This document shows, one piece after another, positions 1-14,185 of a DNA stretch of 64,000 bases. The stretch lies in assembly GCA_964016885.1 (NCBI GenBank), contig OZ024742.1, forward strand, positions 183,458,001 to 183,522,000, read 5' to 3'. Each line of letters starts with the position of its first letter. Position 1 is the first letter of the stretch. This stretch comes from Eledone cirrhosa. Its lineage: Eukaryota. The notes beneath the pieces were generated by a model. The model worked only from the letters and a program-made list of their open reading frames with translations, was not told the origin of the DNA and ran no database searches. Made by a program: the position numbers and the translations under genes.

Positions 1-7
1 ACACACA

Positions 8-38
<31 letters not shown>

Positions 39-49
39 GCGTATATATA

Positions 50-462
50 AACCTTATGCATTTCTACAGTATTTTCACCAAACTTAAGACATAGGTTACT
101 TATGTACTCCGGATGGTCATGGGCACTTTCATTTTTCCAGATATTGATTATAGGGCCTCCCGGCAGATAACCCCCTTTAATCACTTCCTTGGAGTCGATT
201 GAAGCACTGCAGTGCAATGCAACAAAACGTCATAACTTCTGGAGTTCGCAACTGATTTTCACAAAACTTGACACATGGGCTACGTTTGTCCTACAGATGA
301 AGGTGAACTCTCAGAATTGGCACATATTGAGCAGGGGACCCCTGGGGGCAGGTACCTCCTTTTGGAAAAAGCCATAGTTTTCGAAGCAGCACTGAAGTAT
401 TGACATAAATGGTATACACAACTGCTATTTAATACCCGAGCAACCCCGGGTACCTCTGCTAG
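50..462 (+). mobile_element. Non-autonomous Helitron-like element (3' part)
   Basis: Ends with a GC hairpin (ACCCGAGCAACCCCGGGT, 434-451) then CTAG|T (459-463), the Helitron 3' signature. A near-identical terminus occurs at 39798-39826. The 5' TC start is not seen. Confidence 0.6.
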
Positions 463-669
<207 letters not shown>

Positions 670-1140
670 TTTTCATCATTTATCCTACGTATTTCGTTTT
701 TTCTTTTTCGTGTAGTATTTTGCTATTTATTACTACTCCTTCTTTGATGTTTTCTAACTGTTTATTTACGGCACAACACACATTCTTTCCTCTTTTTTTT
801 GACAAAAGTCTATTTATATTTCCCTCTTTCTGGCGTTATCATTTGCACAACTTGTCTGCAACATATCCTGTCCTGTCACGATTTCAGGCGTAAGACTTTT
901 TATTGTTTTTTTTTTTGTTTGTTTACGTACTCGTTTTTGTCATATTCGTAAGACACTAGCTTTCCCCTGTATCTATGTTGTTGTATTGTCCCATATTCTT
1001 CTTTTGGGGCTCGATATTATGCAATGCAAACCATATGTGCGAAATTGCATTACCCAGACAGTGGCTGATTAGGAAGTCAGATGTTTTGTTCATTCGTCAC
1101 ATACATTTCAATTGTTTTCCTTTGCTACATACATACATAC

Positions 1141-1500
1141 ATGGTGGCTGCCAACTCGTTTTCGAGTACGGCCACTACTTTATATCCATGTAGGAGAACC
1201 CCTACCGATGCGCTGAACGAGTGTGACTTTTTAGTCCAGCCAGCGACTTGAAAACTCTGGTACAAACACTACACTTGTGACAATTATTGACACATAGTGC
1301 TGGGCCCATGGTACCATGTGACGACAAGTGCAGAGAGATCTCCAGATATAAAGCAATGCCTGTGCCGTGAAGCTTTTATAGTGAGCAAAGGCACTGCACA
1401 AAGCCAGCCCCACTCTCTTAACCAAGATGATATTTACCAAAAAGAAGAACAAGTCAACATCATTGGATACTATCAGAGTTGCAGGTGTTATATCAGAGTT
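1141..1500. repeat. Unclassified dispersed repeat, related copy at ~7794-8030
   Basis: Shared start (ATGG(TGG)CTGCC..CTCGTT(T/A)TCGAGTA(C/T)GGCCA) and shared end (AAAGAAGAA.A.(G/A)TCAACATCAT.GG...CTA...GAGT.G.AGGT.TTAT). Confidence 0.5.
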
Positions 1501-1721
1501 TTCCTTCTCCTAGAATTCTGCCTTGATAAAGGCTAAGGGGTCATCTCTCCCGGTGATTTTGGATGGCCATTGACTCTTAAGAGCTCCTTTGCCCTTTGAC
1601 AGGTTTTGTTTTTAGTCCTGCAGGATGTCCCAAGTCACCCCCCTCACCAAGAAACCTTGGTGGGGTTGCCAGTTTAGACGCCAACGACCCGACCATGAGA
1701 CAGGTTGTACTGGGATACATG

Positions 1722-2500
<779 letters not shown>

Positions 2501-2814
2501 AATTTTTAATTTAGCTGCCTGCTTGACGTTTTTCTTCGTGTGCTTTTCTAACATATATGCTCTGCTGATAACCCCTTCTCTCTCTGATTTTCTCTTCACT
2601 CTCCTTCAAAGTTTTTCTCCTCTTTCTCTTTTTTCTATTCCTACTACCCTCATTTACTCTCTCATCTAGTTTTGAGTACCGGAAGTAGTTGTGTCTTGAA
2701 TATATAAGACATTCTGAATGAATGAAAAACCTCTGACATAATTGTAGCTAGCCGTCGTAAAACTACGAGGTACTGCAGAGAAATGTGAATAGTAAGGCTA
2801 CTACTACATAATGT

Positions 2815-3146
2815 AATGGAACCCTCCGTCGGTTTCGACGATGAGTGTTCCAGTCGATCGATCAACGGAACAGATGATTGGAGAAATCATCACGCCGGTG
2901 GCTGAGCATGCCACAGAAACTTGCACCCGTAACACAATTTTCAGTATGATTCATCATGACATACTGTGTAAATTGAATTATTAATACAGTCCATTCAATC
3001 AACTTCCAAACAGTTTCCGTTTACCCAATTTCTGTAGGGTTTGCCGTAGGCTATGCTAAACCACACTTGCCTATGGCACCATGCAGTAGGATCGAACCAG
3101 GGACTTAATAATTGCGAAGTGTACTCTTTAACCATTCGGCCATGTA
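2815..3146. mobile_element. Decayed SINE fragments (related to 9845-10000 and 34050-34130; tRNA-like head on minus strand ~3000-3146)
   Basis: Shared GAGTGTTC..GT.GATCGA...ACGGAACAG core with 9853-9880; minus-strand B-box-like GGTTCGATCC near 3090. Confidence 0.45.
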
Positions 3147-3340
3147 ACATTGTCTTACATGAGTTCTCTATGTATTGAGTGCACATTGTTCGGAACACTT
3201 CTTTGTTTCTTATTCATTGAATAAATGGATAAGATATTCAACCGTAATCAATTCAATATGTCAGGCCACTTAGCTAAGAAAATTGATTGATTTCGTAAAT
3301 ATTCATATTATATACATATATACATACACGCGTACACACG

Positions 3341-3388
<48 letters not shown>

Positions 3389-3389
<1 letters not shown>

Positions 3390-3924
3390 CTATACTATAA
3401 CAAAGGGAGGAGTGCGGGACTGCGTCCCGAATATATATTTTTTTATCCCGTTACTAAAATAAGTTAGATTACTTTGAATAAATAATGAATGAATATTACA
3501 TAATTTATCTACTAAATTTCGTAGCTGTTGATTAAACATAAATATTATTATATATAATGATTGCTTATTTTAAGATTCACTTCTTTTAAAATTTTCAAAT
3601 GTCTACACTTCCGGTTAGTGTCCGTTATATCATAACACTTATTACATTGCTTATATAAACATCCGTATATTTGCATCGTTATATAAGGTTTCATTACATT
3701 TCACCGTAATGTAGTTTATATATATCCTCTTTTTAAAATGTATCATGGATTACGTTACTGATTACAGAAGATAGTGTAACACAGTCTCTCTTCAATTTCT
3801 GTGCATATTGCCAATTACGATTTTATTTGACATATATCTACATGCATATATATTTGCATATAATATCAATATACACACTACACATGCTAGCAGAAAACCA
3901 CCCGGAGGGTGGTATTTCTGCTAG
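3389..3924 (+). mobile_element. Non-autonomous Helitron-like element, copy 1
   Basis: A|TCTATACTATAA 5' end; 3' palindrome CTAGCAGAAAACCACCC..GGTGGTATTTCTGCTAG|T; sits between A and T; homologous over its length to 11646-12136. Confidence 0.8.
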
Positions 3925-3929
3925 TTCCT

Positions 3930-4895
3930 ATAACCAACGAAAACATAAACACATCAAATAAAGCCTAAAGTAAGAAAATATCAATTTCACAAAACTAATT
4001 GGATTAAGTTTACTAATTATTTAGGAACAGAACTATCACCCCACAGCAAATACTACAATGCCCAATCAGCTAAAGAGCTAAAATCAAGTCTGTAAATATT
4101 TATTGACAAAATACATGATACAATCACTGAGAATGTACCTTTTACGTGTTTCAATCCAAATAAAAATAACAGTAATAAGGATAAAAACTACAATAAGGCA
4201 TGGTGGGGTGAAGAACTAAAACAATTAAGAACGAAAATGGCCCAGTCATTAAAAAAATGGAAATACAATTTTACAGATTCTAATTATGAAAAATATAAAG
4301 GTCTAAAGAAAAAGTTTAAAAGGCAAAGGAAACAAGCCAAATATGATTTCTGGTCTACCAAAGCTAACCTGGGGTCCATGGGCAATATATGGAGCATATA
4401 CAACTCAATGATCAAACCCAAACCTCCCAAAAACGAATCAAGAGCTATTGATGGTGAGGTAATCTCAGACACTTCCAAACTCTCTTCCCTATCTGCAGAA
4501 TTGTTTTTTGGCAACGCTTCATTTACAGAATCTACTACCCATTATAAAGCTTCTGATACTCTCACTCCAATCGTAGATTTCCCTCATATTATTGAACAAG
4601 AACTACTAGCAGTTAAGGATGAGTTGAAAATGGAAACGGCCACAGGCCCTGATGGTATATCCAATTTAATCATTAATGAAAGAATCGACCAGCTTGATCT
4701 CACTAGACATAAAGGGAGCTTATGACAATGTGGTTCATGAACTCTAGTTAAAAAACCACACCAATTTGAAATACTCAAATATATTTCTAACTGGGCTGAA
4801 AGCATTCTCACTCATCATAGTACTAATCTGATTCTTGGAAACAAGAGAGGCAAAAGTATTTACTTTTTAAAGGGTCTCCCATGGGGTTCACTAGT
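3930..4895 (+). mobile_element. Decayed APE-type LINE ORF2 fragment with internal deletion
   Basis: ORF 4237-4725 carries ATGPDGISN (the KAPGPDGI pre-RT motif); downstream ...YFLKGLPWGS resembles RT GVPQGS. The intervening RT motifs are missing. Confidence 0.6.
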
Positions 4896-5127
4896 ACATA
4901 TAATGTTAACAATTTCAACGACAAAACTATCAGGAAGCAGCCGATACTTCGAGTGTCTCTTCTGAGACTAACGAAGACCAGATTTAATATAAAACATAAA
5001 TTTATTTACGAAATCTATAGGCAACCAACTTAGAATATACATTCAAGTGAAAATAGAAATCTTTTAATGTAAGTACGAAAAGCATTTTGAGTTATACAAC
5101 TACGTGAAATGTCATATAATCTAATAT

Positions 5128-5314
5128 CCAGTAATGCACTGGGTAATTGCTGGCCTTGTGCCTAAAGTAGAAACAATTATTACATAGCTGAGTTCAAATC
5201 CCGCCGAGGTTAACTTTGCCTTTCATCCTTACGGGATCGATAAAATAAAGTACCAGTAATGCACTGGGTAATTGCTGGCCTTGTGCCAAAAGTAGAAACA
5301 ATTATTACATAGCT
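5128..5314 (+). mobile_element. tRNA-derived SINE, two nested 5'-truncated copies
   Basis: B-box GAGTTCAAATCC, core GCCTTTCATCCTTACGGG.TCGATAAAATAAAGTACCAG, tail GAAACAATTA; 62-bp direct repeat at 5128-5189 and 5253-5314. Confidence 0.8.
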
Positions 5315-5780
5315 ATCAACGTATTGCGTAAACAACAAATTTAGTTAAATAGTCGAACTATGCTAATTTGATTTGAATTGGAATATTGCTGCATACACCA
5401 AAATGGAACTGTCAAGTATTATTTCTAAAAATTGTTTGATTTGGATTTTTATAATGTACATTTCTGTCTCGGATATAAATATTTCTTTACATTTTCGCAT
5501 ACATCTTAACGATATTCTCAATGGACGCGCTTACAATATTTGAATGTAACAGAACCACCGTACTTATTTAATTTGAAAAGTGGAGTAAAGTAAAAGGAGA
5601 ATAAAGTGAATTTGAAGCGTCAATCCCTTGTGTTTTGTTTTCAATACCAGACTTACAGTTTTCCAGGATGTATAGACTCATTTTTTGAAAAAGATGAAGG
5701 CGATTTATATCCTCATGAAACTGACATGTAAATGATTGGGCATTTCATACATACATACATGTACCTAAATAAGAAAATAT

Positions 5781-5955
5781 AATTGTTTCTACTTTTGGCA
5801 CAAGGCCAGCAATAACCCAGTGCATTACTGGTACTTTATTTTATCGACCCCGTAAGGATGAAAGGTAAAGTTAACCTCGGCGGGATTTGAACTCAGATCG
5901 TAAAGGGACGTAACTACGCTGGGAAGCATGTCTGACTCTCTACCAAATGCCACCA
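5781..5955 (-). mobile_element. tRNA-derived SINE, near full length
   Basis: Reverse complement of the family at 10797-10977. Confidence 0.8.
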
Positions 5956-7768
5956 GGACACCCGCATGGTTAAAGGATTTCGTCACATCTTATCAGCCTT
6001 CATTCCCCCCGTTCCCCAACACCCCCGCCTCATTCATTCCAAAAGAGCTAACTAGCATCCCCATACCTATCTCCTCCCACCCTCATCGTCGGATTCTGTC
6101 GAAATTAGTTCTACTTACCCTGTCAGCCACCCTACCATTTCCGTAACAGATAGCTTGCCTCTAACGTCACCTTCTCCCCAACCGAGTCCCACTGTTTAGG
6201 GTAACGCTGATCACCCGGTTCCCCCTTCTATCTCTATCGTTAACCGTAGGGTCCTTCACGTTAACAACTCCAAATAGAGCTCTGGCACCCAGCTTCACAT
6301 CAAGAGACTGTTGACTTGATCACAGAGTCTTTCCCCTCCATCGAGTTCCTCCCCCATCGGCGTGGTGCTTCCTTGGGGCTCCAGTTACTGACCAAGCCTT
6401 CGAGTCCATTTTTCAATCTAAGTTGGCTAACCGGAAGCAACTTTTAAAAAACCTCAAAGTCAGTGAGCCTCACCAAGGTTTTTTCGATCTGTCAATCCCT
6501 AAGTTGCTGTATTTTCTTAGAGTTAGTACTTCTTACAAATTTTCGTCATCTCTTCAACGCTTCGACGATCTTATATTCAGTGAGCTCGAGGGTTTGGTCA
6601 ATGTCCGACTCTGTCCAGAGACCCGCGACCAAGCGGCCTTACCCAAACGGTTTGGAGGTCTCGGTTTGCGTTAGTGTACTTCATTGTCCCTTCCTTGCTT
6701 TCTTTCCTCCATCTACGCCTGCTCCTCTTTGGTAGGTGATATCCACTCCTTCACAACCTTGACTAGATCCACCAGGGAGTTCGATGAAGCTTTACTATAG
6801 TGGAGAGAGCTGTGTTTGTCAGTCCCAGTTACTGTTGAGGATAGACGAAAGTAGAGAGTATGGGACAATCTGCGCTCGAGGGAAACTTTCAACTCTCTCG
6901 TTGATCTTTCCGATCAATTTTTTAGGCGCCGCTTACTTTCTGCTAGCGCAAAGTTCACGGGGGACTGGATTGATGCCCTGTCTGTGGCCAACATTGGTGG
7001 CCTTCTCAGTCAGGACGGACTCCGTATCTTCATTGCACTTGGTGTGGGAGCTGAGGTCTGAGGGGGTCTGAGATGCCGCTGTGGTAGATCCCTCGACTCC
7101 ACAGCTTTACATGGTTTGTCCAGCTGCCTGAATGCTCGTCGTTTTGCCCGTCACACCGATCATCAAACGGGCCCTGGCACGGGTTAATATCCCCACAGTT
7201 CCGGAGCCGGCTGGTTTATTCAGAAGTGATGGGAAGAGACCAGACGGTCTTACCCTTTGTCCCTGGGTGAGAGGTAGGTGTCTCATCTTGGATGCCACAA
7301 TCAGTGACTCTTTTTCTCCCTCCCACATCATAGACGCTGTGGTGAATGTGGGGGGGTCACTGCTTCTGCTGCCGAACGGAATAAAATTCAGAAATACCAG
7401 GACTTATCAAACAATTATTTTTTCCAACCTTTGGCGTTCGACACGTTCAGCGGAGTTGGGTCGCTGACAGAGAAGTTCTTGTCTTCATTGGCAGCTCGCC
7501 TTACTGAGGTGTCAGGGGATGTCCGTGAGGGTGCCTGGTTATTTCAGCGCCTTAGCCTCGCCATCACCCGTGGTAATGTTGCGAGCGTGTTGGCTTGCCT
7601 GAAATTGTACAATTAATCCCTGCGGTGTGAAGTGTTGCCGATTGTCGCACTTGGTGGTGAATTGTCCCCCCCCCCCTCTTCTTTCTTTCTTTTATCATTT
7701 TTGTTCATGACTTTATATTTGTTTTGTTTTTAATGTAAATAAAATTGTTTAATTCTATAAAGAAAAAA
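5956..7768 (+). mobile_element. Decayed RLE-type non-LTR retrotransposon (CRE-like), 3' portion
   Basis: Frameshifted pieces: QAALPKRFGGLGLR; EPAGLFRSDGKRPDGLTLCPW..GRCLILDAT (RLE nuclease); FQRLSLAITRGN C-terminus; AATAAA and A-rich end ~7738-7768. The 5' boundary is uncertain. Confidence 0.8.
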
Positions 7769-8125
7769 TATATATATATACATACATATGATGATGATGG
7801 CTGCCCCCTCGTTATCGAGTATGGCCATTGCACGATATAACATTATTAATAATTATTAATTAACTCTATCGTGCAATGCTTGTTCGTGGACATTTTTTTT
7901 AAAGTGACGAAAGACTGTGCACTGAGCCAATCCTACTCTCTGAGCGACAGTAGCTATAACCTGAAAAGAAGAAAAGATCAACATCATCGGTAACTACTGA
8001 GTCGTAGGTTTTATGTTGGAGTTATCCCAGTTTCCTGAGATACATACATACACATATATAGATACACAAACACACACACACACACGTATATATCTTCGGA
8101 TTTTAGTCTTCACATTTTTTATCAT

Positions 8126-8188
<63 letters not shown>

Positions 8189-8273
8189 AAAATGTTCAAG
8201 ACCCCGACGGCAGAGCTGAAGCCGTTTCGACAGCTATTTCTGGACTACCTGGTTCCTTTCCACACTTCCTTCG

Positions 8274-8365
<92 letters not shown>

Positions 8366-8386
8366 ATACATACATAAATACATATT

Positions 8387-8860
8387 CTATAAGATGGCAT
8401 CTATGTCATTAATATATGCAACAAACAAAAGGGGACCAAGAACAGATCCCTGTGGTACACCAGATGAGATCTCATACGGTGAGGAATGCTGTCCTAGAAC
8501 TGTGACTACCTCCCTTCGACTGAGAATGAAGGACTTCAACCATTTAAAAAGATCATCTTTCACACCCATTGCAGAGAGTTTTGCCATAAGTCTTTTGTTG
8601 TGGCACAGAATTAAAAGCTTTAGCAAAGTCAAGATTAATAACATCCACCCATGAGCCGCCATCTGTGATCCAGGTGATGTCTTTGAGAAACTCGATAAGT
8701 TGATCACAGCAGCTGGAGTTAATGATAAATCCAAATTGCGAAGGCCGGATAAGACTGAGGATTCCAGAAGTTTCAGAGTGTTTCTCTGACACAAGATTCC
8801 ATCAGTTCGGCAATGCAGCTAGTAAGACTGGCTGGACGATAGTTGACAGGCTACGCGCGG
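8387..8860 (-). mobile_element. CR1/L2-group LINE RT fragment (frameshifted)
   Basis: QPVLLAA/RPVSL-like region, [36 protein letters not shown]. Confidence 0.8.
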
Positions 8861-8984
8861 TCACCCTTTTTGAACAAATATATATAGGCAGAAACTCTGG
8901 TGGGGAGATATCTCAATATTATACTAGCTTGGAACATAACTTAAAGGCTGTTACAAAATTATAGCAGAAGGCTTTTCTTTTGAC

Positions 8985-9180
8985 GCTAAACTCCGCTAGT
9001 TGCAGACTGCGCATCATGTGATATCTCTATCCACAAAGTTCGATCACCAGCAGCAGAGTTCAAAGAGCAAAGATCAAGTCCAATCCATAAGTTGACATTG
9101 TCAAGCCATCGTTTTGGCTGTCGGCCTCTGCTTCTGTTACCAGACAACCTTCCTTCCAGGCATAACCTACTCACACCACG
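8985..9180 (-). mobile_element. RTE-type LINE 3' fragment
   Basis: LEGRLSGNRSRGRQPKRWLDNV, typical of the RTE ORF2 C-terminus. Confidence 0.7.
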
Positions 9181-10185
9181 AGAAGGCTTTTAGATAATTC
9201 TAAATACTTTAAAATATGCAGCTTTCTATTGTAGAACCAAGGGCGGTTTGAAGCGGTTTAGTATCAGAGTTAAACTATCGCTTTCTTATGGTTATTTGTT
9301 ATAAACTAAATGGTTACAGTGACACAAGAGATAATAGTAATAAAAAAAAATGACCCAACGAGCATGTATATACTTCAATCAATGCTTAAATAAGGTCTGC
9401 TATGTATTGCCTATACATTGAGTTTCTGTGTGTGTGTGTGTGTGAATATATAAACATTTAAGATAGGTTTTCGAATACATTAGCTTTAAACAAGTAGATG
9501 TATTGATTGAACTACTAACCTAGTCAGGCGGGTTTTATTTATTTGTTTATTTATTCATTTATTTATTTATTTTATTTTATTATATTTATTGTATTGGAGG
9601 AGGAGGAGGAGGGCAGAAAGGTTATTATTTTTTTTTTCATAAACACAATACAGTGTTTCGATTGGTAAACACAACCGTGAGTATTTTCAAGTTTCTCCAT
9701 TGTATGTTACATGGCAATCTAGTACAAGTGGGAGAGGCTGTGGTTGTCGGCGTGGAGGGGGGAACATGTGTGTGTTGAGATTGAAAACTGAGGCAGACAA
9801 ATTGACAAATTACAAATATAGTAGATATTATTGTTGTTGTTGGACCTCCGACGAGTGTTCATGTTGATCGACGGAACAGGCTCGTGCATGTAGCTGAACA
9901 TTCTATAGACACGTGTACCCTTAATGTACTTCTCAGGGAGATTCATGGTGACAAAGTGTGTGACATGGCTACCCCTTTGAATTACAAGTACAACTCATTG
10001 TTTTCTTTTCATTCGCGAGGGTTACGTTCCTAGAGCACCCAGAAAGAGTAAAAAACCGCGAATATTGGATGTGGTCCATAAAAATGTCTATAAATGTCAA
10101 AATATAACGTAAAATATAATAAAAAAAAGAGGTAGCGTCTTATGCGAAGGGGCGTCCAATAGGCTGGCAAATACGGTATACTGTC

Positions 10186-10311
10186 ATTAATAATTTAGCG
10201 TTAACTTTGCCTTTCATCCTTACGGGGGTCGATAAAATAAAGTACCAGTAATGTACTGGTTAATTGCTGGCCTTGTGCCTAAAGTAGAAACAATTAATAA
10301 TTTAGCGTTAA
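10186..10311 (+). mobile_element. 5'-truncated SINE with 19-bp target-site duplication
   Basis: ATTAATAATTTAGCGTTAA at 10186-10204 and 10293-10311. Confidence 0.8.
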
Positions 10312-10390
10312 AATATATATTGCCACGAAAAAAACCCATAAAAAGTATCGCAAAAGATATTTACAATTCTGCGAATATGTGGTGGAAAAT

Positions 10391-10875
10391 TCCACGAATA
10401 ACTGGGACTAAGAATGCCGGGGTACACTGTGAATCAAAATCACGATTGGGGACCAAACAACTGAACCACTAAGCCACGCGCTTTCACAAAGTCCAGATAA
10501 ATCTAAATAAAATTAAACTATTTCATTATAATAAGAATATCTTCTAATATTACAAATTGGCAGTATCGGTAGATAGTCGGACGCCATGCTTTGAAGCATA
10601 GAGTTACGTCCCTTTATGATCTGAGTTCAAATCCACGAATAACTGGGACTAAGAATGCCGGGGTACACTGTGAATCAAAATCACGATTGGGGACCAAACA
10701 ACCGAACCACTAAGCCACGCGCTTTCACAAAGTCCAGATAAATCTAAATAAAATTAAACTATTTCATTATAATAAGAATATCTTCTAATATTACAAATTG
10801 GCAGTATCGGTAGATAGTCGGACGCCATGTTTTGAAGCATAGAATTACGTCCCTTTATGATCTGAGTTCAAATCC
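10391..10875 (+). repeat. 241-bp tandem duplication including a SINE head
   Basis: TCCACGAATAACTGGG... starts at 10391 and 10632; near identical; junction microhomology AAT(T)CC. Confidence 0.9.
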
Positions 10876-10977
10876 CGCCGAGGTTAACTTTGCCTTTCAT
10901 CCTTACGGGGTCGATAAAATAAAGTACCAGTAATATACTGGATAATTGCTGGCCTTGTGCCAAAAGTAGAAACAATA
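10797..10977 (+). mobile_element. tRNA-derived SINE, full length (central domain resembles the Meta/Sauria-type SINE core)
   Basis: A-box-like TGGCAGTATCGG, B-box GAGTTCAAATCC, core GCCTTTCATCCTTACGGGGTCGATAAAATAAAGTACC. Superfamily assignment is from memory only. Confidence 0.8.
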
Positions 10978-11645
10978 TTACAAGAAACAAAGCGGTTGAC
11001 ATACGAATCATTTGGAACATTTGAAGAGTGAAATGTGTATGTCCCACGCAAGTTGTTCACTATAAAATAATAATTGAGGAAATCGTATATAGTAGCACTG
11101 GAGACGGAAAAAAAGTAGATAGAGCTGTCTGCGAGAAAACGAACACCGCATCTATTGCAGGCGCCTCTGTCACCTTTTGTCCTTCCCGAGGGAGGGGGTA
11201 CTTTACCTGATTTTCTCAACTACTATTTATAGTGATCGACTATTATCATGGTTAATTTGCGTTTGGACGCACACATTTCAAACTAATATTTACAATGTTA
11301 TATAATTCTATTTTGTTTTCTCATTAATAAAGTTATAAGTGGCGAGTGGGGTGGGCTGGGCTGGGCTGATGGACAAGAATTTCACTAATATTTAGTGATG
11401 GAGGAGGGGGAGGGTGATACTTGTCAGTTTGAGAAGCACTGATGGAGCGTGAAAGGTCAAACTGTCAGTGACACTGAGGAAGAAACAGAAAAAAATAGTG
11501 GGAGGTGGGCGGGTTTGGAGAATGGAAGAATAACGAGAAATAGACGCAACAGCAGCAACAACAACAACAATAGCAACAGCATCAGCAGCAACAACAACAA
11601 CAGCAACAATGATAAACAAATAAAGGAGTAAAATGATTATCAGTA

Positions 11646-12136
11646 CTAGCAGAAAAACCACCCACGGATGGTTTTCTGCTAGCATGTGTAGTGTGTATAT
11701 TAATATTATACACAAATATATATGCATGTAAATATGATACATCAAATAAAATCGTAATTGACAATATACACAGAAATTGAACAAAGCCTATGTTACACTG
11801 TCTTCTGTAATCAGTAATCCATGATATATAAAAAAAAAGACGACATTATATATAAACTGCATTAGGAGAAAATTAGCGACGGAAATATATGCGATTATAA
11901 GTGTTATAATACAACGGCCACTAACCGGAAGTGTTAACATTTGATAATTTTAAAGAATTGAATTTTAAAGATCTTTATAAGCTATAAAATATATTTAATC
12001 AACAGCCACGAAATTTGGTACATAAATTATGTAACATTCATTATTTATTCAAAGTAATCCAACTTATTTTACAAACGGGGTAAAAAATATATATTCTGGA
12101 CGCAATCCCGCAGACCTTCCTTTATTATAGTTAAGA
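11646..12136 (-). mobile_element. Non-autonomous Helitron-like element, copy 2
   Basis: Reverse complement of 3389-3924: TC start at 12136, terminal palindrome and CTAG at 11646-11649, A|T insertion. Confidence 0.8.
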
Positions 12137-12502
12137 TTTGTTCGGTTACTCTTGTCATAGACTGAATGTGTGTGTGGTGCGGTAGATAGTTATATACATA
12201 TACACCAGGTTCGAACACAAAGGAACCAAACTCCCACTGTCACTGCCTCCGTCTCTCCCGTTCTCCCCATTTCTCACTATTATGAACAAATGGAGGCACT
12301 CGCACTAGCCACCTCGGGGCCCCAGTGGACAGAATAGAGAAGGCGTTTCCCCGGAGGATGGTGAGGGAGACGCACAGGAACAGACATTCTAGCTCGCGAG
12401 GCACACCCCTGCGGTTAGCCAACGTTGTGCCGATGATGGTGAATAGGGAGGTGGTCCTAGGAACATACTAAAGTAATAAAATTATATGTCAGAAGGCATT
12501 GA

Positions 12503-12650
12503 TGTGGCCATGTGGTTAAGAAGACCGTGTCGTTCCTAGTTTCGACCCCGCTACGTGGCAGCTAAAGCAAGCGTTTTCCATCATAGCCTCACTTCAAACC
12601 ACACTGTGAGTGAAATTTGGTAGGTAGAAATTATATGGAAACCCATCAGA
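12503..12650 (+). mobile_element. Decayed tRNA-type SINE head
   Basis: TGGCCATGTGGTTAAG A-box-like and GTTTCGACCCC B-box-like motifs. Confidence 0.45.
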
Positions 12651-13249
12651 GAGACCTTACTGGTTCTTTGGTGGTAGCCTTAGAACCACCACCTGCCCTC
12701 TGCTATTGTCGTATTAATCCATGGAACCTAGGTTTTCTAACACTTCAAAATTTCACATCACTACAGCAGAAAAAAAAAAAAAAGAATCGGGTCCCCTAGT
12801 TCCTTAGGGTTCCCTAGGCTGCTGTCTAATTAGCCTTATGAATGATCCGGCCTGAAAGTAGTATACGATTTGCTGTTTCTTCCTCCTCCTTTCACTTCAT
12901 CAGTCTCGAAGGACAGTCAAGGCCCATGTCCGCTGCACCTCCTCCACATTCTCTCACAAAACACACTTCTGAAAACTAGTAATATACCTTTGACAATGTT
13001 TCCTGTCTTTAGGATAGATTTTCTTAACTATTATTTATAGTGAACACGTTGCCGATCTCTCGAACTCTTACGAAGCGCTGAAGGGATACAGTTAATAGAA
13101 AGAGTGATGTGCTCATTGCACACAGATGTTATAAAATAGTTTATAAAATAAGGTGAAACCCCTTAAAGTCTGTAAGAGTCTTCGTCGTCTTTTTGCATCT
13201 CCGCACATGAGCTCACCACTCTTTATATTATCTTGAGTAATCAACTATT

Positions 13250-13590
13250 ATTATCATGGTTATTTCTGAGTTCAAATCCCGCCGAGGTTAACTTTGCCTT
13301 TAATCCTTACAGGGTCGATAAAATAAAGTACCAGTAATACACTGAGTAATTGCTGGCCTTGTGCCAAAAGTAGAAACAATTATCATGGTTATTTGCAAAG
13401 GGTGGTGAATTGACAGAGTTGTTAGAGTATCGGACATAATACTTTATATTCTGAGTTAAAATTCCACTGAGGTTAACTTTGCCTTTAATCCTTATGGGGT
13501 CGATAAAATAAAGTATCAGCTAAATATTGAAGTCGATTTAATCGACTTTCTCTTTCTCCAAATTGCCGGCCTTGTGCCTAAATTAGAAAT
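13250..13590 (+). mobile_element. Two adjacent SINE copies; the first has a 16-bp TSD
   Basis: ATTATCATGGTTATTT at 13250-13265 and 13379-13394; a second copy follows at ~13398-13590. Confidence 0.8.
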
Positions 13591-13826
13591 TACAATTAAG
13601 GTCATTTGCGTTGGGATGACTACATCCCAAATATAATATACAAATATATGACTTTCTATTCTCCATATGTGCTTTCAACACTACGCTGTATTATTTCTAC
13701 TCAGAAGAGCATCCCCCTGGAGCTCATGCCTTTGGAGCTCATCTCTCTGGAGCTCATCCCCTGTCTAAGCTATTGTTGTTCTAACTTTGTTCCAGCTCAG
13801 TCAATTCATCTGTCGTAATTTAAGAG

Positions 13827-14185
13827 GATTTGGTTGATATTTCTAGCAGTTCGAGAAACTATCTAATGGCTTCTAGGTTGTTCCAAGCTCTAACATTACA
13901 GAATGACGTGGGAGGACATTTGGTTGCTATTCCTAGCAGGTTGAGCAACCACGTAAAAGCTTCCTTAGTGAAGGGCTGTTGTACCAGGATTTAACTTAAC
14001 AGAATGAGGTGGATTTGGTTGCTATTTCTGGCTGGTGAAGCAACCATTTAATGACATCCTTGGTGAGGGACCGTTATTCCAGAATGGGAAGGGGGAGATT
14101 TGGTTGCTATTTCTAACAGGTCGAACAAGCATATAAAAGTCTCCCTGCTGGCTGGCAGAGTGTTCCAGGCCCTAACCTTACAGAA
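13827..14185 (+). repeat. Degenerate tandem repeat, ~4 units of ~90 bp
   Basis: Recurrent ATTTGGTTG(C/A)TATT(T/C)CT(A/G)(G/A)C at ~13829, 13918, 14013 and 14098. Confidence 0.65.

Noticed and set aside
8188-8275. Hammerhead-like TGGA..TCCA-GAAA-TAGCTG-TC on the minus strand, between (TA)n runs
   Set aside because: No CUGANGA core or stem I; possibly a relic but unsupported.
10797-10880. tRNA gene
   Set aside because: A/B boxes are present but there is no convincing cloverleaf, and it continues into the SINE core seen in more than 10 copies.
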